Positions 1-10,422 of a stretch of DNA of 64,000 nt are shown in pieces (position 1 is the stretch's first letter; each line of letters begins with the position of its first letter). The notes below the pieces were generated by a model. That model was given only the letters and a program-made list of their open reading frames with translations, was not told the origin of the DNA and searched no databases. The translations under genes were made by a program, and so were the position numbers. Source of the DNA: Barthelona sp. PAP020 (Eukaryota); contig JARQWU010000004.1 in the NCBI GenBank assembly GCA_040182905.1, forward strand, positions 1-64,000. The letters are read 5' to 3'.

Positions 1-165
1 ATCACACCTGTCTGCAGGCAACTGCCCCATCCACACATAAAGCTTTTCTTCTCTTTAAGGTGCTATGAACGATCCACACAAACGAACCAGTTGCAAGTAC
101 AGTAAAAATTAGCGTGTGAGCAATAGAGGTCCTTTTGAGAATTCATTACTGTTGTCTTGTGAATT
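1..165 (-). repeat. Dispersed repeat family R1, copy 1 (runs off the window start); probably decayed coding or mobile-element sequence
   Basis: The reverse complement of 88-165 aligns without gaps to 34305-34382 (54/78 identical by hand count, including the shared 13-mer GTACTTGCAACTG). Similarity continues with small indels to position 1 / 34473. Confidence 0.75.
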
Positions 166-379
166 GTTTGGGAAACGTTCTCAAATCAATTGTCAAACTC
201 TTTATAATAAAGGCAATTGACATTATTTTTTGATTTGTTTTTTCAATAATTCCCTTCTATTTAAAAGTTTTCTTTTTTTTTTTTTCGCCTCTTCATTGCC
301 TGTTTCTTTGTGTCTTCATGTCTTTTTTGGCTCAATTTCTTTGCACCAATCACACTTAAAACAAATAAATATTTAAATT

Positions 380-2932
380 TTATAACACTGCCGAAACTTT
401 AAACACTTCTGATTCTCTAGACACAAAGACAGTTTGTGTAGATCTCCTTCTAAATTTATAGATCTCCGTTGGATTGATAAAAACTTGAAATCCTCTTGAC
501 AAAGTGAAAGACAGAAAAATCGACTTTTCAAATTCTTCTACATCTGAAAAAGGTTGTTGACTGATATCCTTAACATAGATAGATTCGATATGAAAATTAT
601 GATCAACTTTGATAACGAATTGATTCTTAAATGACAAAGGTAATCCTGCTTGATTGATAGTGACTTTCTCATCATTTAAAATTATGGCACGTCCACGATA
701 ATTAACGACAATTTTTAATTTATCGACAACACCATCCACTGATTCTTTCAAAAAGTAAGAATATTGATATGAATCAAAATTTTCTTCCAAAAATTGAGTG
801 GAGAGGTTATATCTATGACAAAATCCTTGTTTATTGCTCAATAAAGATTGACCCAAATGTAAATCAATAAGAGAGTGTCCCATTGCTTCAATAATAGTAA
901 AACCAATATCAAAATGAGTTCCCAAATTGTTATTTTTTTTAGAGCTTTCATAAAACCAATTTGCTTTCATCATAAAACTGACTTTTCGATCAGGAATATT
1001 TTCTAAGATAGAACTGATATCATTTCTCATTGCTATATGATCAGACACTAAGACAATCATTGTATTATCAAGATTGACTGTCTTTTCAATCTGTTTTAAA
1101 AACGAGCTCAATACGTTATTGTGGCATTTCAATGCTTTGATAAATTGGGCATCTTTAGGATCCATGTTCTTACACTTTGGCTCAACAAATCCTCCTGGAC
1201 CATGTGTAGCTGTTGTTAATAATGATAAAAAGTAAGGTTCATTCTTTGTCTTGGCTGAATCTTCCAATTGTGCAATCTTTTCTGTCGCATGATCAAATAA
1301 ATATGAATCATACAATCCCCAACCATTAAAATGGGCTTTCGGATGTAATTTATTCCAATGTTTGATTCCATAAAACTCTGAAATTCCAGCAGTTCTAACA
1401 ACGTTACCTTTTCCTCCAAAATTACCACCTCCTCCATTCATAAACACAGTTTTATAACCATTTGCTCTCAAATAACCTGGAAAACATTGATTTTTCTTTC
1501 CAATCACTCTTGAAGGATCAAAAGATGCAAAAGCCATATTACCACCACCTTGTTGTAACAATGGCAACGAACAAAACAATGAGAATAATCCAGCGACAGT
1601 AAACGTTGTGCCTGGATATGATTTAATATTGCTAAAACTGTAGGATTTCTCCATATATTTCACCAAATCAGGAATGAAACTTTTCAAAGTTGGGTCTTCA
1701 TAATATGATTGCTCTAGACTTTCTGTTATGATCATGATAACATTCTTTTTATTAGAACCAACATGAAATTTTGGCTTTTTTGTAGATAAATTCTCATAAA
1801 GCGATTTTAACTGAACTATCTCTTCCTGAGTCTTTGGTGCTTCCTGTGACATCGGATTTATTTGAAAGACGTTCATAATGTCCCAAAATGGAGAAAAGGA
1901 AAAAATCATCACATTAGCGATGAGAAAAAAGCAAAAATATCCTTTTTTGCTGATAAATCTTGATCTAGTAAAAGTAAAAACAGGAATGATTGAAATAAAG
2001 TAAAAAATTCCCAAAAATGCAAGAAGTTTGTTTGAATCAATCACTGTTTCTAAATTGTTTATGTCTAAATGGGCAAAAGTCCTTTTATCGATTGCTTGTT
2101 TGGTGACAAAATAAGTTGCACCAGCAGTTATTTGTAAAACACCAACCAAAAATGAATAAAAATATGCTAAAACTTTCAAAACAAAAAGATTTTGCAATCG
2201 TAGAAAACTTATCCCCAGTCCTGCTAAAAGTGAAGTGAAAATCCATCGCCATTCAGTTCCTATTCTCATTAAACTAAACGCAATAGGCGGTAAGGCGCAT
2301 AGAATCGAATAAATAAATGGATATAAAACCAATGCAAGATTACTTCTTATAAAACTTTTGGAAACATTTTTTCCCCTGGTATCATGACGTTTATTATTTG
2401 CAATAGCTACAAAAACAACATTGATGTTTGTTAAGCAAGATGAGAATATTTTACGATTGATCACAATGTGCAAAAATATGAAGCAGGCAAAAAAAATAAG
2501 TTGAAAACTCATATCAGTGTCTTTCAATAATAATGTAAGAACAACATTGATACAACTTATAAAATTGGAAAAGGTGATTGACTTATTCAATGAACTTTTC
2601 CTAGGATTAATCCATCGCTCTTTCATCATTGAAATGCAAGAATTTTCAAAAAAACAAAACTTTTCTAACAATTTAGGAACATAATTATGAAACGAAAATA
2701 ATAATAATATTATTGAAAAAAAATCTAATAAAAAATACAAGAAACAAACTAAAGACGTGTTTCTTTTCACTATAAAATATATTAATAATGTAAACTGAAC
2801 AAGAGTACAAAATATTAAAAAAAGAAAATTGTGTAATGAAACAGACATTGGTGGACTGGACAATATGGAAACAGATCTTTCCGGTATTTCATTCAAATTT
2901 AATTGTTCATCACAACATTCAGGAATGTCCAT
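380..2932 (-). CDS. Multi-pass membrane protein with C-terminal alkaline-phosphatase-superfamily domain, OpgB/MdoB (phosphoglycerol transferase I) / LTA-synthase-like
   Basis: Motifs NVIMIITESLE, PGTTFTVAG, WGLYD, LLTTATHGP and IVLVSDHIAM parallel E. coli OpgB (YIYGESLE, PGTDYTIAG, WGFYD, TVDTHHP, VVSSDHLAM). The N-terminal half is hydrophobic. First ATG is at 2932; the track start at 2950 is TTG. Confidence 0.85.
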   Translation of the reverse strand: MDIPECCDEQLNLNEIPERSVSILSSPPMSVSLHNFLFLIFCTLVQFTLLIYFIVKRNTSLVCFLYFLLDFFSIILLLFSFHNYVPKLLEKFCFFENSCISMMKERWINPRKSSLNKSITFSNFISCINVVLTLLLKDTDMSFQLIFFACFIFLHIVINRKIFSSCLTNINVVFVAIANNKRHDTRGKNVSKSFIRSNLALVLYPFIYSILCALPPIAFSLMRIGTEWRWIFTSLLAGLGISFLRLQNLFVLKVLAYFYSFLVGVLQITAGATYFVTKQAIDKRTFAHLDINNLETVIDSNKLLAFLGIFYFISIIPVFTFTRSRFISKKGYFCFFLIANVMIFSFSPFWDIMNVFQINPMSQEAPKTQEEIVQLKSLYENLSTKKPKFHVGSNKKNVIMIITESLEQSYYEDPTLKSFIPDLVKYMEKSYSFSNIKSYPGTTFTVAGLFSLFCSLPLLQQGGGNMAFASFDPSRVIGKKNQCFPGYLRANGYKTVFMNGGGGNFGGKGNVVRTAGISEFYGIKHWNKLHPKAHFNGWGLYDSYLFDHATEKIAQLEDSAKTKNEPYFLSLLTTATHGPGGFVEPKCKNMDPKDAQFIKALKCHNNVLSSFLKQIEKTVNLDNTMIVLVSDHIAMRNDISSILENIPDRKVSFMMKANWFYESSKKNNNLGTHFDIGFTIIEAMGHSLIDLHLGQSLLSNKQGFCHRYNLSTQFLEENFDSYQYSYFLKESVDGVVDKLKIVVNYRGRAIILNDEKVTINQAGLPLSFKNQFVIKVDHNFHIESIYVKDISQQPFSDVEEFEKSIFLSFTLSRGFQVFINPTEIYKFRRRSTQTVFVSRESEVFKVSAVL

Positions 2933-3300
2933 ACCACCACTATCAAACAAAAATTAATTCGGGTAAACAATAGTTGAGATTATTCTTTTTGTTTATTTTG
3001 AGAATATTTTCATATTAACAACAAAAACCTTTCCAAAATAACTAATTTATTATCATAATCGCAAAATTTGGAACAGAGAAATTGATTATTTTGTATTATT
3101 TTATAAAAAAGAGAAAACTCTTCAAACAATCATATTTATTGTTTATTTTATCACTAATAAAGTAAAATAGTTTATTTTATAACAATAAAAAAATCAGCTC
3201 ATTTCTAAAAATAGGTGAAGGGAAAAAGAAACTTTAAACAATACGAAATGCTTCTTCCCATTGAAAAGAACAACAAACAATAAAAATCACTCGATATATG

Positions 3301-4524
3301 CTATTTATAATAGTTTGGGAATATTATTCTTTTGAAATTTGTTTTGAAGCCTTCATTGTATGAATTAAAATCTCCCTTCTTTTGTAGTTCTTTCATGAAA
3401 CATCTAATACAACTGCATTTGGATAATCTTAAAAATGCATCTCTTTGAGATTCCATAACCTCTGGATAACCTTCAACATGAGCATACTGTAAGATTTGTT
3501 TTGAATCTTCATTTTTATGACAAGGAGATTCAGTTGGATCAAACTCAGGATTCTGAGCATACAATTTAACCAACCTTTTGCTCAAACGTTTGCTTAATTG
3601 TATATTTTCATCCTTCGTAGCCCTTTTTAAATCCTTTTCAACCTTTTTAATTTGCTTATAAATATAGAGCTCCTTTTTTAAATCAGAAATCAAAAAGGTT
3701 TCATGTTGTGTTCTGCCAGAAGCAGACATAAATAAATGACTGGCTATGAAACCAAAGATAAAAAGTAAAGTGGGAAAACAAAATAAGAGCATACCAAATG
3801 AAATCCTTCTCTGTTGAATAAAATAAGCGATTATATGTATAACTTTGATATGTTCTGGTCTAGGTTTACGAAGTTCAGCAAACATAATACCAAAATCTGC
3901 TGTGATGAAAGAACAAAATGATGCAACACCCAACACCAAAGTTTGTAATAGTAAGAATAACAAAAAGTAGCGATAATTGTTCTGTCCAATACAATTATTG
4001 ACCCAAATACAATGGTGATCCTGTCGAGAAACACAATGACCACAAACATAACAATGAAAAGTCCTAGCAGGTCTCACAAATTCACATTTTTTGCAATTTT
4101 TAAAAGGATAAAGAATTCCATCGATAGGAAATTGTTTTTGTAGTCTATTCAAATTACTTTCGTCAACAATGCCTGGATTGCTATAACAAACTAAAAAGAA
4201 AGATGCAAACGCAATAATCCAACAAAATACTAAAAATACACTCAAAGTAACGGATAAATATGGTATAATCCCTTTAATTAAGAAATATCCTGACCCAAAC
4301 ATTATAGATAAATAAAACAGTTGAAAAACAGGATTGGGTTTTTCAAATAACCATACACGAACTCCTCTAATAAGAGATTTTAAAAACTTGGGTGATATAA
4401 AGGAAAATATCTTTGAAAATAAATCACGGAACTTGGAAAAGAATGTATTATTTTGACAAAACTCCGTTTGACAGATTACAAATACAAATACTAAAAATAA
4501 TGGAATAAATGCAATACTAATCAT
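3301..4524 (-). CDS. DHHC palmitoyl acyltransferase (Swf1/ZDHHC4-like)
   Basis: Cys-rich domain CKKCEFVRPARTFHCYVCGHCVSRQDHHCIWVNNCIG, flanking TM segments and an NPVFQLFY motif. First ATG is at 4524. Confidence 0.92.
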   Translation of the reverse strand: MISIAFIPLFLVFVFVICQTEFCQNNTFFSKFRDLFSKIFSFISPKFLKSLIRGVRVWLFEKPNPVFQLFYLSIMFGSGYFLIKGIIPYLSVTLSVFLVFCWIIAFASFFLVCYSNPGIVDESNLNRLQKQFPIDGILYPFKNCKKCEFVRPARTFHCYVCGHCVSRQDHHCIWVNNCIGQNNYRYFLLFLLLQTLVLGVASFCSFITADFGIMFAELRKPRPEHIKVIHIIAYFIQQRRISFGMLLFCFPTLLFIFGFIASHLFMSASGRTQHETFLISDLKKELYIYKQIKKVEKDLKRATKDENIQLSKRLSKRLVKLYAQNPEFDPTESPCHKNEDSKQILQYAHVEGYPEVMESQRDAFLRLSKCSCIRCFMKELQKKGDFNSYNEGFKTNFKRIIFPNYYK

Positions 4525-4756
4525 TAACAACAAAAATAAAATGAAGCTTGTTTCGAGAATAAATATCGACCACTATTTTTTTTTCCTTTTTTTTTTTTTG
4601 TTGATAAAAATTTGAAACAAAATCTTTCTTTAATTTGAAAAACCACAAATAATTCATTGAAGCTTTTAAAAAAAAAAGAATTTAAACAATAAACAGTCTT
4701 TTTTTTATGGTCTTTCAATGAATTTGTAATTATAAGGGAATATTGTTTGTTAATTT

Positions 4757-7700
4757 ATGTTAAAAATTGCAGTAGGGAAGGAAAAATGGGTAAATATACC
4801 TTTTTTTCGTAGTTTAGCGAATACTAGTTTCTATTGTTTAATTACTATTATTGTTGAAATTTTATATATATTTTATGGGTTTATTGTAAGTTATTATAAT
4901 AGCACTTTGCAAAATTGTTTTATCATTACTTGTATTTCTCAAATTATCACAATAATTATTGTATTTATTGGATATATATATCGAAAACAAGGCAAACTTA
5001 ATGAAAAGTTTTTATTAATTATCGAAATGACAGAGTTTATTATTTTGTTAACAAATATGATTGTTTCAATGAGTATTATTCCGATTGAATTTTATTCATG
5101 GGTTCATATTCACATTATAACGATGCATACATTAGGTTTTACAGAAATCAAAGAGAATTATATCTTCTTTGTGTATGCCATGGTTATATTTTTTGGGTCA
5201 ATAATTTTATCGTTTAAACGTGTTGGCTTGACGATTATTCTGGTTATAATTATGTTTGAGGGACTTTTGGTTCATACTATTCATTTTTTAAAACGCATTG
5301 GAGATAATTTGGTGTTGAGAGCCTCTATGGCAACTGAATTATGCGCTAGATTAAAGGTTAACAACATATCTTTACTAAAGGATAGACTACAGCCAATTAC
5401 CATTGAGATGATGCAAAGGTTTGTATTTGCCAAATTATTAGGCTTAAAACCAAACGATTTCATGAAATTTCGAAGTGACTTACAGAAAATGTCATCATTT
5501 GCCAAAATACCTCATGTCCCATCGTATCTTTTTGATAATCAAAGACTGCTAACCAATTTTCTGTTTCCTACTCAAGCAATTGATTCGTTTCCCAGTGTAC
5601 CCTCACATTGTATCAGTGAATTAGTCTATGATAATCATCAATTGAACTGTAAGATTTCCAATTGCTGTCTTGTGGAAGTTTCGGTACTTGACAGCCTTAC
5701 AGAATTAATTGAGGGTACTGCGAATCACATTGAAGTTTTTGAAGATATTCACGAATCAATCAAAAGGATTGCCAGATTAAACTCTTCATTAATTCTGTCT
5801 TCTTCACTATCATCCTCCATTATTTTGGTTCCATTGGTTGCAGAAGACTGTCTTCAGATTGATTTTACCAATATTGAACAATTATTATGTGGGTTATGGA
5901 AATTCCCAGATCAATTTAAGACCACATGCTGTGCCACGTTCAATTTACATCTCAGTGTTGCAATAACTGAGGGAGAATTTTTTTTATCCTTTATTCCATT
6001 TCGTGGATGTGCTATTTCTATCTTTGGTGAGTCTTTCAACATGTTAAATGGTTTATCGTATGTCATAAGGAAAGAGTATAGTCAACAATTATCAGAAAAT
6101 GTTAATAATAGCAAGGTTTCATCGTTTTGTACGATTATTTCATGTTCAAAATTGAAAGAACATCTTGTTAAGAGTGGGAATTTGAATGCCATGTATCATT
6201 TTTGTCAAGCCAACTTTTTAAAAGAACATTTGAAAGAAGCATATTATATCATACTTCATTCGAAAAAATCAATGGTAAATAATGGAAGAAATTTGTCATT
6301 GAATCAAAATCGAGATCATTTATCGATGGTTGAATTAGAATTTGAAGATTTCGCCACAATAAATCGACTTTTGTGTCATTTTCAACAATATTTGAAAAAG
6401 AAGCTAAATCCAAAGAAAATTAACTTGTTTCTATTTCAAACACATCAAGTATTTGTTCCAATGGTTGTCTATTACTTTGTGTTATTAATTTTTTTGGCAA
6501 TATATCATGATTATTTTGAATTCTTCGATTTTGTTCTTTGTTTAATTTTATTGATTATCAATACCACTGTTGGTTTTGGTTTATGGATCATTAAACACAA
6601 TGAATCCTTAAATCAATATATGAGTGTGAATTATAAACATAATATTGGCTTTACGAACGGAAACAACAGAATGAATTTGACTTTCGTTGGTGCAGAATCT
6701 TCTGTTGAGAATGATTCTTTGTCTCCATCTAATAATAACTCAAATAAAATAGAAAGTGACAAAAACTATACCATAAAGCGTTATTTCGATTACATATTCT
6801 TTGAAAAGGAAAATTTAAAGAAAGATTTGTCTTTTGATAGGGGAGTTACAAATATTGCTCAAATTATTATCGTTATAGGACATTTGATCATGGTAGACGT
6901 TGTTTGTACCTCTATTTTTAAATATGGTAGTAATTATTCTTATATCACTATTTTAGTCTGTTTATCTTTAATATTCCCAACAATTTCAATCATTTTCTTT
7001 GTTGATCTCAATTATTCCATTCTTTGGGGTAACTTAATCTTTTTATGTATAATCGTTTGTTTGATGACCATTTGCTTTCTCAAAACTTCTGTTTATTGTC
7101 AAATGTTTGTACTTATCTTTAATTTTTGCATTTTCTTTGTAATTCAGAGAAAAGTATCTTCCATTTATGATCTTTTAAGTTGGATAAGCATCACTGAAAA
7201 TTGTTTGCTTGATGACTATGATATTCGGACCAATATCCACACTTTTGTTGATTCAGTATTCTTAAATAACACAAACACCTCGAATCAATGTACTTTTGTT
7301 AGTGACAGAACAAAGAACCAAAATTATGGGTCAAAAATTAACAAAAGAACCTTAAAAGTTGAAAATAACACAATAATTCTGATTGCTGTAACCTTTCAAA
7401 CAGATAAAAACCTTAACACGTTTTCAAATTTTGTTCCTTTCTCAAACTTTTTATCACAGATGCTTTTGGCTATCAACAATTTAACACAAGAAATTAGTTC
7501 AAATTTTAAAGGTAGCCTTTCATGGAAATGTTTGGGTTTACATCGCCAATCCATTTTAATAGCCGCTAAGGTACCCAAACCAGTAGAGGATATAATTTTA
7601 ACGCAATGCTCTTCTTTTGTTTCATTATTGGTACATATCAATGCTCTAAATAGTTTGATGGGAAAATTGATATTTCCAGTCAACTGTAAGATTATCGTTG

Positions 7701-8122
7701 ATGTCAAAAACATCCCAGAAACCATTGTGTTAATGCCACAAACAAAAGCTCCATTGAGACAAATGTTTAAGATAACAAATTGGCAATTAATGTGGGATAA
7801 AGACCTTTCAGTTGCAATGAATAACAATAATGAGATGTATAATTCCAGAAATTGTCATTATATTTGTGAAAATCTTGCCAGAATAATGAGAAATTCTTCT
7901 TTTATCAATTTCGATCCTAATAGCTCAATCGTAATTTGTGATATCAAATTTTATTCATTTACACCCCTTAAAACAGCTGTTACAAATGTTGAACTAATCC
8001 AAAAAATTTTAATCATGTCATCAAAACCTCCTTTAACTGAATTGTTACAATCAGCCTCTTTAGAATATGCTTTCTTCGCAAATATATTTGAAAACATTGA
8101 GGATGATAACAATTTGTCATAA
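4757..8122 (+). CDS. Polytopic membrane protein with (TM block + degenerate class III nucleotidyl-cyclase-like domain) x2 layout
   Basis: Two hydrophobic blocks, each followed by a soluble domain. LHLSVAITEGEFFLSFIPFRGCAISIFGESFNML resembles the cyclase consensus LRIGIHTGPVVAGVVG..YDLFGDTVN. Catalytic Asp residues are not recognisable. Confidence 0.5.
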   Translation: MLKIAVGKEKWVNIPFFRSLANTSFYCLITIIVEILYIFYGFIVSYYNSTLQNCFIITCISQIITIIIVFIGYIYRKQGKLNEKFLLIIEMTEFIILLTNMIVSMSIIPIEFYSWVHIHIITMHTLGFTEIKENYIFFVYAMVIFFGSIILSFKRVGLTIILVIIMFEGLLVHTIHFLKRIGDNLVLRASMATELCARLKVNNISLLKDRLQPITIEMMQRFVFAKLLGLKPNDFMKFRSDLQKMSSFAKIPHVPSYLFDNQRLLTNFLFPTQAIDSFPSVPSHCISELVYDNHQLNCKISNCCLVEVSVLDSLTELIEGTANHIEVFEDIHESIKRIARLNSSLILSSSLSSSIILVPLVAEDCLQIDFTNIEQLLCGLWKFPDQFKTTCCATFNLHLSVAITEGEFFLSFIPFRGCAISIFGESFNMLNGLSYVIRKEYSQQLSENVNNSKVSSFCTIISCSKLKEHLVKSGNLNAMYHFCQANFLKEHLKEAYYIILHSKKSMVNNGRNLSLNQNRDHLSMVELEFEDFATINRLLCHFQQYLKKKLNPKKINLFLFQTHQVFVPMVVYYFVLLIFLAIYHDYFEFFDFVLCLILLIINTTVGFGLWIIKHNESLNQYMSVNYKHNIGFTNGNNRMNLTFVGAESSVENDSLSPSNNNSNKIESDKNYTIKRYFDYIFFEKENLKKDLSFDRGVTNIAQIIIVIGHLIMVDVVCTSIFKYGSNYSYITILVCLSLIFPTISIIFFVDLNYSILWGNLIFLCIIVCLMTICFLKTSVYCQMFVLIFNFCIFFVIQRKVSSIYDLLSWISITENCLLDDYDIRTNIHTFVDSVFLNNTNTSNQCTFVSDRTKNQNYGSKINKRTLKVENNTIILIAVTFQTDKNLNTFSNFVPFSNFLSQMLLAINNLTQEISSNFKGSLSWKCLGLHRQSILIAAKVPKPVEDIILTQCSSFVSLLVHINALNSLMGKLIFPVNCKIIVDVKNIPETIVLMPQTKAPLRQMFKITNWQLMWDKDLSVAMNNNNEMYNSRNCHYICENLARIMRNSSFINFDPNSSIVICDIKFYSFTPLKTAVTNVELIQKILIMSSKPPLTELLQSASLEYAFFANIFENIEDDNNLS

Positions 8123-8371
8123 AGTTATGTTCATTTCTTGTTTTTATCTTTCTATTGGGAGCTTTTTTGTTTGTATAAAAAAAATTATAATTATGTGTAT
8201 TTATGAAGAAACCGAAAGTAACAACCAATGAAAAGAAGAACAAGATACAAACCTTTAAATGACATAAACATAAAACAAGCATTACAAAAAAATTATAACC
8301 GTTGCATTAAAAATCAAAAAAAAATAGATTATACATTATTCTAAAACCAATCAAAGGTCAGAACAAAATGC

Positions 8372-8449
8372 TTACTTGGCTCTTGCGCGTAATTTTCTGC
8401 GGGCTCTTTTAAGTCTTCTAACTCTTTTCTTTTTCCATTTGTCTCTCAT
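8372..8449 (-). CDS. RPL41: Ribosomal protein eL41/eS32 (25 aa)
   Basis: Hand translation MRDKWKKKRVRRLKRARRKLRARAK* has the same length and pattern as canonical [25 protein letters not shown]. It is below the ORF-track cutoff. Confidence 0.95.
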   Translation of the reverse strand: MRDKWKKKRVRRLKRARRKLRARAK

Positions 8450-8985
8450 TTTCTAATATTAGATGATGAAATTCTAAAAAAATACCCAGATAAAACAATA
8501 AAAATTGGTAAATAGAAAAGTTGCAAAAATTTTGAGTTGCAAAAGTTTTCAAAAATCAGATTCACAATTGAAATCACTTTAAAGTCGCATTTTTATTCCA
8601 AAGGCATTTATAAATTTATTAATTGATTATATTTTCTCCCGTTCATGATGTTATGATTTTTAAAAAAAAATAATTCTTAATGATAAGTCACATAATTAAA
8701 TAAACTAAATATTTAATTCATTTATTTGAAGTAATTTTTTCAACAACAGTTTATACAAGAAAAGTTTTTAAAATGTGATGAACATAAAGTGTCTGTTTTC
8801 CAGAAGCACTACGAATATATAATCTCTCCAAAATACAGAAGCTTCAACAAGAATTAATTATCAAAAGAAAACCTTTTTTTATGAAGAAGATAAAAGTTTC
8901 AATTTTCTGACGGTCAAACCCCTAAAAATTGAAACAAAACTAAAAAATCTTACTAAATTTATATAAAATGAATATATCTGACAAA

Positions 8986-10350
8986 TTAAACATAATCTTT
9001 TGAAAAACCAGACATTTTCTGTTGCAATTTTTGATAACGCATGAATTCATTGGTATCAAGAAGATCTTGATCTTGTACTGTCAATTGAGAGGCTGGTTTT
9101 GGAGTACCATTGATAATAAACGATTCTGAAGCCAATTCAGAAGTTGTTGTGTCGTAGTCTAAAACAGGGGGCAAAGTAGCTTCAGGTTCAAAATGAAAAG
9201 GCACTTCTGAAGCTGCTCTGACTTCATTTTTAACCATTGAAAAGACCATTTCCTCCTTTACACTGGGAATGGGAGTACCGGATCTAATATTACTAATATC
9301 GGTTTCCATTGACGAAGAACTGGTGTTCATTCTCAGTGAAAATTCAGGTGATGATTCTATTGATTCTTTAAGTTCTTCAAGACGCAACCTGGAAGGAGGT
9401 TGACTTTTTGGTCTCAAATGCATGTTGTGTCTCAAATGCAATTTGTCCTTTGTACCAACCTTTTCCCTCAATAACCAAGGCGTATGAACCCTTTTGCCAC
9501 CAATATTCTCTATAAACTTCTGACGAGAAGTGAGAAAGGAGATATTGGTTTTCAGTCCTTTCCTTGCACGATTCTTATTCAGCCTGGCACGTAATTCCTG
9601 CGTTGTGCAGAAGTTATCAAAATAATTAAGGGAAAATGGACTGGTGTCATTGCCGTAAAACACATAATCTTTTAAAATTTGTTCTCGAATAAAAAGAATA
9701 ATTTTATCGCAAATTAACTTGAGTTCCTTCAATCTACTTAAAGATTGAACAAATTCAGGAATATCTTGATCAATGATCAATAGACGTCGTGGAACAACAT
9801 CAAACCCATCCATTCTCTCCTCCTTCATTGTACAAGTTGGACAAACATGCTCTCCAATTTCATTTGTAGATGTTTGTGCAAAAGTAAAAAGTCGATGACA
9901 AGGACCATCACAATAATATTGATACCCATTATCATCTTCAAACTTAGATAATTGATCCATGATTTCTTCCCTGAACTTTGTAAATTTCCAAAGAATTCCT
10001 TCAATGAAATGAAAAATATCAAAATAATATACATATTTCTTTGTTTTTGCTCCAGCATGATGTTCATTATGTACTCTATAAACTAAAAAAGATTGTTGTA
10101 AGCGCTTATAGATAGCTTGCAATTTATCATTCTTGAGATTCGTTCTCCCAAATACACTATTACAAAAGTCAGTATGTGTTTTCTTTCCATCAATTCTTTT
10201 TGTAATTTCATATTGAGCAAACAATATATTATCAAAAACAATTCGATCATGATGAGTATGGAAATAGTGTAAAATCCAATTAACCAATGATCGAATTGGT
10301 GGTTTTAGGATTGTAGTTAACACATCTAAGCCCGAATGTTGATCGGACAT
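8986..10350 (-). CDS. GTF2E1: General transcription factor TFIIE alpha subunit
   Basis: N-terminal winged-helix-like region ending YYFDIFHFIEGILWKF, then zinc ribbon YYCDGPC...CPTC and an acidic C-terminal segment. First ATG (MSDQ) is at 10350. Confidence 0.75.
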   Translation of the reverse strand: MSDQHSGLDVLTTILKPPIRSLVNWILHYFHTHHDRIVFDNILFAQYEITKRIDGKKTHTDFCNSVFGRTNLKNDKLQAIYKRLQQSFLVYRVHNEHHAGAKTKKYVYYFDIFHFIEGILWKFTKFREEIMDQLSKFEDDNGYQYYCDGPCHRLFTFAQTSTNEIGEHVCPTCTMKEERMDGFDVVPRRLLIIDQDIPEFVQSLSRLKELKLICDKIILFIREQILKDYVFYGNDTSPFSLNYFDNFCTTQELRARLNKNRARKGLKTNISFLTSRQKFIENIGGKRVHTPWLLREKVGTKDKLHLRHNMHLRPKSQPPSRLRLEELKESIESSPEFSLRMNTSSSSMETDISNIRSGTPIPSVKEEMVFSMVKNEVRAASEVPFHFEPEATLPPVLDYDTTTSELASESFIINGTPKPASQLTVQDQDLLDTNEFMRYQKLQQKMSGFSKDYV

Positions 10351-10422
10351 GTGAAATTTTAAAAAAAAAAAAATTGAAAGAAAGAAAAATGAGGTCAAAA
10401 ACAAAATTGAAAAAAAACGTAT

